Virus record (IMG/VR): IMGVR_UViG_2778261673_000003
Source: a virus
Lineage: Duplodnaviria > Heunggongvirae > Uroviricota > Caudoviricetes
Reading direction: 5' to 3' (one strand)
Length of the DNA stretch: 5,770 bases
The notes beneath the pieces are model-generated. The model saw nothing but the letters and a program-made list of their open reading frames with translations, did not search any database and was not told the DNA's origin. Below, piece after piece: positions 1 to 5,770 of the stretch (positions are counted from its first letter, which is position 1; each line of letters begins with the position of its first letter). The translations under genes and the position numbers were made by a program.

Positions 1-199
1 GTGGCGGCCTCAGTCCGGAACAATTTGAAAACAAGAACCTCGCTTAGGCCTGTGTCCATATTACGTGGGTAGGATCATCCCTGGTGTGCGGCGTGTTCCC
101 CAACCAGGATGGAACGTTCACTGCCATGACGTATACCAAAAGCAAAACATTTAAAACCGAAACTGGTGCGCGCCGATGGTTGGAGAAGCACACAGTAAG

Positions 200-688
200 C
201 TAACGATTAAAACGTCTACTCCTGCTGTTCCAGAATAACTTCATAAAATGGGAGTATTTTTCGGTGACGAGATAATAAGAACAGTTTGCGCTATCACTCT
301 GATGTTGAATGATGCCCTTCCGTTCTAATTTTTTCATAACCGGGTTACGGCAAGGAGAAGTGATAATAAGATTTCCTGTTTTAAGGAAATCTTTAAATAC
401 AGCGATTTCTTTCTCAGATAAACGAAGCAATACTCGTTGCTCTGGTAGTAATGAATAATGCTTTTGAATATGTGCTCGCAATCTTGAGAAGGAAATGGCG
501 ACCACGAAAGAAAAGGCAAAAACGATAATCTGAAAGAGCCAAGGTATTTCAGTATAAGCATTGAATGCGACAGTAAACTCTTTCGGTATCAGCCAGAGAG
601 TGAGACCAAAAATGATAATCGTATACATAAGTCTTTCGAGTGGCTCGTTAGCAAAAAGTTTCAACAATGGAGTAAATGCATCCAACAT
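200..688 (-). CDS. sieB: Superinfection exclusion protein B (162 aa), predicted inner-membrane protein
   Basis: The 203-aa track ORF (200..811) contains MLDAFTPLLKLFANEPLERLMYTIIIFGLTLWLIP... from its 42nd codon. ATG is the reverse complement of 686..688 and the stop is TAG (reverse complement of 200..202). Two hydrophobic stretches (YTIIIFGLTLWLIP, IPWLFQIIVFAFSFVVAISF) fit a membrane protein. Start chosen to match the 162-aa SieB length I recall; the upstream Shine-Dalgarno (GAGAG) is weak. Confidence 0.8.
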   Translation of the reverse strand: MLDAFTPLLKLFANEPLERLMYTIIIFGLTLWLIPKEFTVAFNAYTEIPWLFQIIVFAFSFVVAISFSRLRAHIQKHYSLLPEQRVLLRLSEKEIAVFKDFLKTGNLIITSPCRNPVMKKLERKGIIQHQSDSANCSYYLVTEKYSHFMKLFWNSRSRRFNR

Positions 689-906
689 ATCAATAACTCT
701 CAACTGTAAGGGTATTGAAATGTTAACACAAGCTCTCGCTGTAGGGGTATAGCCGAGACCACCGAAGCCCGGAGGTGGTGAAATAAAACCGGGCACAACA
801 CGAAGGCGCATTTCCGATATCCATAAAGAGTCGGTCTTGTCTGTTAAATTTAAATGGTGGGAGTGCGCCTCCGGTTGTAAATAACGACATTGCTGTGTGT
901 AGTCCT

Positions 907-954
907 GGCGGCATCAGTTTTTTTCTTGAAGTTCGGCTGATGTCCGCCCTTTTT
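907..954 (+). terminator. Terminator-like hairpin upstream of kilR: 11-bp GC-rich stem with one bulge, followed by CUUUUU
   Basis: GGCGGCATCAG (907..917) pairs with CTGATGTCCGCC (937..948), with T943 bulged; the loop is 19 nt and contains a T7 run (918..924); CTTTTT follows at 949..954. Read directly from the sequence. The long loop and short U-tract make this non-canonical. Confidence 0.3.
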
Positions 955-1129
955 AAAGTGAATTTTGTGATGCGGTGAATGCGGCTAAGCGCACGTGGCA
1001 CAGTTAAAAGTCATGTTAGTCCTTATTGGTTTGGGTGGGAAAGCCGACTGTAATTGTTAACTGGTTGCAGTCACCTGGAGGCACCAGGCACCGCATCAAC
1101 AAAGTTCATTTGTAAAAATGGAGATAATT

Positions 1130-1351
1130 ATGATTGCACATCACTTCGGAACTGATGAAATACCACGTCAGTGTGTGACTCCTGGCGATTATGTTCTTCA
1201 TGAAGGCCGGACATATATTGCCTCGGCAAACAATATTAAAAAGCGAAAACTATATATTCGTAACCTGACCACAAAAACATGCATTACTGACCGCATGATT
1301 AAAGTCTTCCTCGGTCGTGATGGTTTACCTGTAAAGGCGGAGTCATGGTGA
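1130..1351 (+). CDS. kilR: Killing protein KilR (73 aa), FtsZ / cell-division inhibitor
   Basis: Translation [40 protein letters not shown]...ESW. GGAG at 1120..1123 lies 6 nt before ATG 1130. The track ORF start at 1118 (MEII...) has no ribosome-binding site and is rejected. Stop TGA at 1349..1351. Confidence 0.85.
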   Translation: MIAHHFGTDEIPRQCVTPGDYVLHEGRTYIASANNIKKRKLYIRNLTTKTCITDRMIKVFLGRDGLPVKAESW

Positions 1352-1521
1352 TGACTAAGAAAATAAAATGTGCTTACCACCTTTGCAAAAAAGACGTTGA
1401 AGAAAGCAAAGCTATTGAAAGAATGCTTCACTTCATGCACGGGATTTTATCAAAAGACGAACCGAGAAAATATTGCAGTGAAGCTTGTGCCGAAAAAGAC
1501 CAGATGGCACATGAACTTTAA
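1351..1521 (+). CDS. ydaE: Small Cys4 metal-binding protein YdaE (56 aa)
   Basis: Found by manual translation; it is below the size cut-off of the ORF track. [59 protein letters not shown] 1351..1353 overlaps the kilR stop (TGATG). GGAG at 1339..1342 lies 8 nt upstream. Four Cys residues (C7, C12, C42, C46). Stop TAA at 1519..1521. Confidence 0.7.
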   Translation: MTKKIKCAYHLCKKDVEESKAIERMLHFMHGILSKDEPRKYCSEACAEKDQMAHEL

Positions 1522-1595
1522 TTAATTGACTATTCGAAACTGAATTTATGCCAGAAATGGCAGGTATTCGCTCAACCTTAATTAAGGAGAAAAAC

Positions 1596-1871
1596 ATGAT
1601 TACCAATTATGAAGCCACTGTTGTAACTACCGATGACATTGTTCACGAGGTGAATCTGGAAGGAAAGCGCATTGGCTACGTAATTAAAACAGAAAATAAA
1701 GAAACCCCATTCACTGTGGTTGATATCGATGGTCCATCAGGCAACGTAAAAACACTTGATGAAGGTGTCAAAAAAATGTGCCTGGTGCATATCGGAAAGA
1801 ATCTGCCCGCAGAAAAAAAAGCCGAATTTCTGGCAACTCTAATTGCAATGAAATTAAAAGATGAAATCTGA
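1596..1871 (+). CDS. racC: RacC (91 aa), function unknown
   Basis: MITNYEATVVTTDDIVHEVNLEGKRIGYVIKTENKETPFTVVDIDGPSGNVK...KLKDEI. Strong Shine-Dalgarno AAGGAGA (1584..1590) 5 nt before ATG 1596. The track ORF start at 1548 has no ribosome-binding site. Stop TGA at 1869..1871. Confidence 0.85.
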   Translation: MITNYEATVVTTDDIVHEVNLEGKRIGYVIKTENKETPFTVVDIDGPSGNVKTLDEGVKKMCLVHIGKNLPAEKKAEFLATLIAMKLKDEI

Positions 1872-1876
1872 AAGAA

Positions 1877-1901
1877 ATAGCCTGCGTATGGCGCAGGCTA
1901 T
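1877..1901. other. Perfect 10-bp stem / 5-nt loop hairpin in the racC-recE intergenic region
   Basis: ATAGCCTGCG (1877..1886), loop TATGG, CGCAGGCTAT (1892..1901); every pair checked. No U-tract follows on the + strand. On the - strand the hairpin is followed by UUCUUUC (reverse complement of 1870..1876). Confidence 0.4.
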
Positions 1902-1972
1902 GAACAGTGTGTATCCGGCAAGATCATTCACTGAACAAAACGAATTTTAATCTGAGTTGAGGTTAAAAAACA

Positions 1973-4573
1973 ATGAGCACAAAACCACTCTTCCTGTTAC
2001 GGAAAGCGAAAAAATCATCCGGTGAACCTGACGTCGTCCTGTGGGCAAGCAACGATTTTGAATCGACCTGTGCCACTCTGGACTACCTGATCGTTAAGTC
2101 AGGTAAAAAACTGAGCAGCTATTTTAAAGCTGTTGCCACGAATTTTCCTGTCGTTAATGACCTGCCCGCTGAAGGTGAGATCGATTTTACCTGGAGTGAA
2201 CGCTATCAACTCAGCAAAGACTCCATGACATGGGAACTAAAACCGGGAGCAGCACCAGACAACGCTCACTATCAAGGCAATACCAACGTCAACGGCGAAG
2301 ACATGACTGAGATTGAGGAGAATATGCTACTCCCAATTTCTGGCCAGGAACTGCCCATTCGTTGGCTTGCTCAACACGGCAGCGAAAAACCGGTAACGCA
2401 CGTTTCACGCGACGGACTCCAGGCATTACACATTGCTCGGGCTGAAGAACTACCGGCTGTTACTGCCCTGGCTGTTTCCCACAAAACCAGCCTGCTCGAC
2501 CCGCTGGAAATTCGCGAACTCCACAAACTGGTTCGTGACACTGACAAAGTTTTCCCTAATCCTGGTAATTCAAACCTGGGACTGATAACTGCTTTTTTCG
2601 AAGCATACCTGAACGCTGACTACACCGATCGAGGACTGCTGACAAAAGAGTGGATGAAGGGTAATCGTGTTTCACACATCACTCGCACGGCTTCCGGTGC
2701 TAATGCTGGCGGCGGAAACCTCACCGATCGCGGCGAAGGTTTCGTACACGATCTGACGTCACTGGCGCGCGACGTAGCCACTGGCGTACTGGCCCGTTCA
2801 ATGGATCTGGACATCTATAACCTTCATCCGGCACACGCTAAACGCATTGAGGAAATTATCGCTGAAAATAAACCGCCCTTTTCTGTTTTCCGCGACAAAT
2901 TCATCACCATGCCTGGCGGGTTGGATTATTCCCGCGCCATCGTGGTTGCGTCCGTAAAAGAAGCACCAATTGGGATCGAGGTCATCCCCGCGCACGTCAC
3001 TGAATATCTGAACAAAGTACTGACTGAAACCGATCATGCCAACCCTGATCCGGAAATCGTGGATATTGCCTGCGGTCGCTCCTCTGCCCCGATGCCGCAG
3101 CGAGTAACAGAAGAAGGAAAACAGGATGATGAAGAAAAACCGCAACCATCTGGAACAACGGCAGTTGAACAGGGAGAGGCTGAAACAATGGAACCGGACG
3201 CAACTGAACATCATCAGGACACGCAGCCGCTGGATGCTCAGTCACAGGTAAATTCTGTTGATGCGAAATATCAGGAACTGCGGGCAGAACTCCATGAAGC
3301 CCGGAAAAACATTCCATCAAAAAATCCTGTCGATGCCGATAAATTGCTTGCTGCATCACGTGGTGAATTTGTTGACGGAATTAGCGACCCGAACGATCCG
3401 AAATGGGTAAAGGGGATCCAGACTCGCGATTGTGTGTACCAGAACCAGCCAGAAACGGAAAAAACCAGCCCAGATATGAATCAACCTGAGCCAGTAGTGC
3501 AACAGGAACCGGAAATAGCCTGCAATGCCTGCGGCCAGACTGGCGGGGATAACTGCCCTGACTGTGGTGCGGTGATGGGCGACGCAACATACCAGGAAAC
3601 ATTCGATGAAGAGAGTCAGGTTGAAGCTAAGGAAAATGATCCGGAGGAAATGGAAGGCGCTGAACATCCGCACAATGAGAATGCTGGCAGCGATCCGCAT
3701 CGCGATTGCAGTGATGAAACTGGCGAAGTCGCAGATCCCGTAATCGTAGAAGACATAGAGCCAGGTATTTATTACGGAATTTCGAATGAGAATTACCACG
3801 CGGGTCCCGGTATCAGTAAGTCTCAGCTCGATGACATTGCTGATACTCCGGCACTATATTTGTGGCGTAAAAATGCCCCCGTGGACACCACAAAGACAAA
3901 AACGCTCGATTTAGGAACTGCTTTCCACTGCCGGGTACTTGAACCGGAAGAATTCAGTAACCGCTTTATCGTAGCACCTGAATTTAACCGCCGTACAAAC
4001 GCCGGAAAAGAAGAAGAGAAAGCGTTTCTGATGGAATGCGCAAGCACAGGAAAAACGGTTATCACTGCGGAAGAAGGCCGGAAAATTGAACTCATGTATC
4101 AAAGCGTTATGGCTTTGCCGCTGGGGCAATGGCTTGTTGAAAGCGCCGGACACGCTGAATCATCAATTTACTGGGAAGATCCTGAAACAGGAATTTTATG
4201 TCGGTGCCGTCCGGACAAAATTATCCCTGAATTTCACTGGATCATGGACGTGAAAACTACGGCGGATATTCAACGATTCAAAACCGCTTATTACGACTAC
4301 CGCTATCACGTTCAGGATGCATTCTACAGTGACGGTTATGAAGCACAGTTTGGAGTGCAGCCAACTTTCGTTTTTCTGGTTGCCAGCACAACTATTGAAT
4401 GCGGACGTTATCCGGTTGAAATTTTCATGATGGGCGAAGAAGCAAAACTGGCAGGTCAACAGGAATATCACCGCAATCTGCGAACCCTGTCTGACTGCCT
4501 GAATACCGATGAATGGCCAGCTATTAAGACATTATCACTGCCCCGCTGGGCTAAGGAATATGCAAATGACTAA
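1973..4573 (+). CDS. recE: Exodeoxyribonuclease VIII (RecE, 866 aa); C-terminal PD-(D/E)XK 5'->3' dsDNA exonuclease domain
   Basis: Uninterrupted 866-codon [25 protein letters not shown]...[14 protein letters not shown] at 1959..1962 lies 10 nt before ATG 1973. Motif RPD...IMDVK puts Asp at codon 748 and D-V-K at codons 759-761, consistent with the RecE catalytic residues as I recall them. The central part is a D/E-rich low-complexity region. Confidence 0.95.
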   Translation: MSTKPLFLLRKAKKSSGEPDVVLWASNDFESTCATLDYLIVKSGKKLSSYFKAVATNFPVVNDLPAEGEIDFTWSERYQLSKDSMTWELKPGAAPDNAHYQGNTNVNGEDMTEIEENMLLPISGQELPIRWLAQHGSEKPVTHVSRDGLQALHIARAEELPAVTALAVSHKTSLLDPLEIRELHKLVRDTDKVFPNPGNSNLGLITAFFEAYLNADYTDRGLLTKEWMKGNRVSHITRTASGANAGGGNLTDRGEGFVHDLTSLARDVATGVLARSMDLDIYNLHPAHAKRIEEIIAENKPPFSVFRDKFITMPGGLDYSRAIVVASVKEAPIGIEVIPAHVTEYLNKVLTETDHANPDPEIVDIACGRSSAPMPQRVTEEGKQDDEEKPQPSGTTAVEQGEAETMEPDATEHHQDTQPLDAQSQVNSVDAKYQELRAELHEARKNIPSKNPVDADKLLAASRGEFVDGISDPNDPKWVKGIQTRDCVYQNQPETEKTSPDMNQPEPVVQQEPEIACNACGQTGGDNCPDCGAVMGDATYQETFDEESQVEAKENDPEEMEGAEHPHNENAGSDPHRDCSDETGEVADPVIVEDIEPGIYYGISNENYHAGPGISKSQLDDIADTPALYLWRKNAPVDTTKTKTLDLGTAFHCRVLEPEEFSNRFIVAPEFNRRTNAGKEEEKAFLMECASTGKTVITAEEGRKIELMYQSVMALPLGQWLVESAGHAESSIYWEDPETGILCRCRPDKIIPEFHWIMDVKTTADIQRFKTAYYDYRYHVQDAFYSDGYEAQFGVQPTFVFLVASTTIECGRYPVEIFMMGEEAKLAGQQEYHRNLRTLSDCLNTDEWPAIKTLSLPRWAKEYAND

Positions 4574-5375
4574 GCAACCACCAATCGCAAAAGCCGATCT
4601 GCAAAAAACTCAGGGAAACCGTGCACCAGCAGCAGTTAAAAATAGCGACGTGATTAGTTTTATTAACCAGCCATCAATGAAAGAGCAACTGGCAGCAGCT
4701 CTTCCACGCCATATGACGGCTGAACGTATGATCCGTATCGCCACCACAGAAATTCGTAAAGTTCCGGCGTTAGGAAACTGTGACACTATGAGTTTTGTCA
4801 GTGCGATCGTACAGTGTTCACAGCTCGGACTTGAGCCAGGTAGCGCCCTCGGTCATGCATATTTACTGCCTTTTGGTAATAAAAACGAAAAGAGCGGTAA
4901 AAAGAACGTTCAGCTAATCATTGGCTATCGCGGCATGATTGATCTGGCTCGCCGTTCTGGTCAAATCGCCAGCCTGTCAGCCCGTGTTGTCCGTGAAGGT
5001 GACGAGTTTAGCTTCGAATTTGGCCTTGATGAAAAGTTAATACACCGCCCGGGAGAAAACGAAGATGCCCCGGTTACCCACGTCTATGCTGTCGCAAGAC
5101 TGAAAGACGGAGGTACTCAGTTTGAAGTTATGACGCGCAAACAGATTGAGCTGGTGCGCAGCCTGAGTAAAGCTGGTAATAACGGGCCGTGGGTAACTCA
5201 CTGGGAAGAAATGGCAAAGAAAACGGCTATTCGTCGCCTGTTCAAATATCTGCCCGTATCAATTGAGATCCAGCGTGCAGTATCAATGGATGAAAAGGAA
5301 CCACTGACAATCGATCCTGCAGATTCCTCTGTATTAACCGGGGAATACAGTGTAATCGATAATTCAGAGGAATAA
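4566..5375 (+). CDS. recT: Recombinase RecT (269 aa), single-strand annealing protein of the RecT/Red-beta family
   Basis: [36 protein letters not shown]...VIDNSEE. AAGGA at 4553..4557 lies 8 nt before ATG 4566. The start overlaps the recE stop by 8 nt (ATGACTAA), implying translational coupling. The in-frame upstream ATG at 4509 used by the ORF track has no ribosome-binding site and lies inside recE. Confidence 0.95.
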   Translation: MTKQPPIAKADLQKTQGNRAPAAVKNSDVISFINQPSMKEQLAAALPRHMTAERMIRIATTEIRKVPALGNCDTMSFVSAIVQCSQLGLEPGSALGHAYLLPFGNKNEKSGKKNVQLIIGYRGMIDLARRSGQIASLSARVVREGDEFSFEFGLDEKLIHRPGENEDAPVTHVYAVARLKDGGTQFEVMTRKQIELVRSLSKAGNNGPWVTHWEEMAKKTAIRRLFKYLPVSIEIQRAVSMDEKEPLTIDPADSSVLTGEYSVIDNSEE

Positions 5376-5382
5376 TTCAGCC

Positions 5383-5403
5383 TGGCGGTGTAATGCACCG
5401 CCA
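5383..5403. other. 8-bp stem / 5-nt loop hairpin between recT and ralR
   Basis: TGGCGGTG (5383..5390), loop TAATG, CACCGCCA (5396..5403). A T6 run (5414..5419) begins about 10 nt downstream, so this is not a canonical intrinsic terminator. Confidence 0.3.
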
Positions 5404-5431
5404 ACTTGAAATATTTTTTATGAGAAAAATT

Positions 5432-5626
5432 ATGAGATATGACAATGTTAAACCATGTCCATTTTGTGGTTGTCCATCAGTAACGGTGAAAGCCATTTCA
5501 GGATATTACCGAGCGAAGTGTAACGGATGCGAATCCCGAACCGGTTATGGTGGAAGTGAAAAAGAAGCACTCGAAAGATGGAATAAACGAACCACTGGAA
5601 ATAATAATGGAGGTGTTCATGTATAA
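5432..5626 (+). CDS. ralR: Restriction alleviation protein Lar / RalR (64 aa), Cys-rich zinc-ribbon-like; reported as a DNase toxin of a type I toxin-antitoxin pair
   Basis: MRYDNVKPCPFCGCPSVTVKAISGYYRAKCNGCESRTGYGGSEKEALERWNKRTTGNNNGGVHV, with Cys at positions 9, 12, 14, 31 and 34. Start taken at ATG 5432 to give the 64-aa length I recall. The track ORF begins at ATG 5393, which sits inside the upstream hairpin; a further in-frame ATG lies at 5420. The Shine-Dalgarno is weak. Stop TAA at 5624..5626. Confidence 0.75.
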   Translation: MRYDNVKPCPFCGCPSVTVKAISGYYRAKCNGCESRTGYGGSEKEALERWNKRTTGNNNGGVHV

Positions 5627-5770
5627 AATTACCGCCACTATTGAAAAGGAAGGTGGCACTCCTACTAACTGGACAAGATATTCAAAATCTAAAGGAAGAT
5701 GCGAATAAGCAGGTCATTTCTTCCCAAGCTGACTCGCTGATTAAAATTTCGCGGATCTGGGCCGATTTTT
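5611..5770 (-). ncRNA. ralA: Possible location of the RalA antitoxin sRNA (antisense, overlapping the 3' end of ralR); position inferred and partial
   Basis: From my recollection of the literature, RalR is neutralised by a small RNA of about 180 nt with 16 nt of complementarity to ralR mRNA. I cannot identify its promoter or terminator in the sequence, and its 5' end would lie beyond the window edge. Coordinates are a guess. Confidence 0.2.
5619..5708 (+). CDS. Hypothetical 29-aa ORF with a strong Shine-Dalgarno, overlapping the ralR stop; may be spurious or the 5' part of a downstream gene
   Basis: Consensus GGAGG at 5609..5613 lies 5 nt before ATG 5619; the ATG overlaps the ralR stop (ATGTATAA). 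Translation MYKITATIEKEGGTPTNWTRYSKSKGRCE, stop TAA 5706..5708. It is below the size cut-off of the ORF track. A different frame stays open from 5608 to the window end (...QDIQNLKEDANKQVISSQADSLIKISRIWADF) but has no ATG. Confidence 0.25.
   Translation: MYKITATIEKEGGTPTNWTRYSKSKGRCE

Larger units (their letters stand above)
1..5770. mobile_element. Segment of a Rac-type cryptic lambdoid prophage (early-left / recombination module), truncated by the window on both sides
   Basis: Gene content and order kilR-ydaE-racC-recE-recT-ralR with divergent sieB, recognised from the translated ORFs. No integrase, attachment site or prophage boundary is visible in the window. Confidence 0.8.

Noticed and set aside
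334-752. ORFs 334..561 (-) and 561..752 (+) overlapping sieB
   Set aside because: Alternative-frame or antisense ORFs inside or overlapping the sieB coding region; low-complexity translations and no ribosome-binding sites.
723-1001. 92-aa - strand ORF in the sieB-kilR intergenic region
   Set aside because: It begins with a GTG that has no Shine-Dalgarno and gives an Arg/Lys/Ser-rich low-complexity translation. More likely chance open frame in regulatory DNA, though only expression data could exclude it.
1118-1129. Upstream start for kilR (MEII-MIAHH..., 77 aa) as given by the ORF track
   Set aside because: ATG 1118 has no Shine-Dalgarno, while ATG 1130 has GGAG at -6 and yields the 73-aa product length I recall for KilR.
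1198-1440. 80-aa - strand ORF antisense to kilR and ydaE
   Set aside because: Antisense to two compact genes with good translation signals; no ribosome-binding site.
1548-1595. Upstream start for racC (MPEMAGIRSTLIKEKN-MITNY..., 107 aa)
   Set aside because: No ribosome-binding site before 1548; a strong AAGGAGA precedes ATG 1596, which gives the expected 91-aa product.
2620-4471. Eight - strand ORFs of 64 to 147 aa inside recE (2620..2814, 2798..3214, 2997..3359, 3356..3799, 3381..3602, 3823..4095, 3911..4153, 4196..4471)
   Set aside because: All are antisense to a full-length, well-recognised recE frame. Several are hydrophobic artefacts of reading the Asp/Glu-rich recE codons on the opposite strand, and none has a convincing ribosome-binding site.
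4509-4565. Upstream start for recT (288 aa)
   Set aside because: This ATG lies inside recE without a ribosome-binding site; AAGGA precedes ATG 4566, which gives the 269-aa RecT beginning MTKQPPIAK.
5198-5404. 68-aa - strand ORF antisense to the 3' end of recT
   Set aside because: Antisense to the recognised recT frame; no ribosome-binding site.
5393-5431. Upstream starts for ralR (ATG 5393 or 5420)
   Set aside because: ATG 5393 sits inside the 5383..5403 hairpin and neither has a ribosome-binding site; the 64-aa product from ATG 5432 matches the length I recall. This remains somewhat uncertain because the Shine-Dalgarno at 5432 is also weak.
1-5770. CRISPR array, IS element or transposon, tRNA or rRNA
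   Set aside because: No regularly spaced direct repeats, no terminal inverted repeats flanking a transposase-like ORF, and no cloverleaf-like or rRNA-like sequence were seen on reading the window.

Overview
This window reads as the early-left (recombination and host-takeover) module of a Rac-type cryptic lambdoid prophage of Escherichia coli. On the + strand a tightly packed, partly overlapping gene string kilR - ydaE - racC - recE - recT - ralR (lar) runs from 1130 to 5626. On the - strand, diverging from kilR across a 441-bp non-coding region, lies sieB (200..688). The product lengths I derive (162, 73, 56, 91, 866, 269 and 64 aa) and the protein sequences match what I recall of the E. coli K-12 Rac proteins; this is recognition from memory, not a database search. 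I see no rRNA, tRNA, CRISPR array or IS element. I do not find convincing evidence of an entirely new system. The least explained parts are: the long structured region upstream of kilR, the function-unknown racC sitting where lambda carries gam, a CxxC-x7-CxxC cluster in the uncharacterised part of RecE, and the ralR 3' end at the window edge, where a possible antisense antitoxin sRNA and a 29-codon ORF with a strong ribosome-binding site compete for the same DNA.
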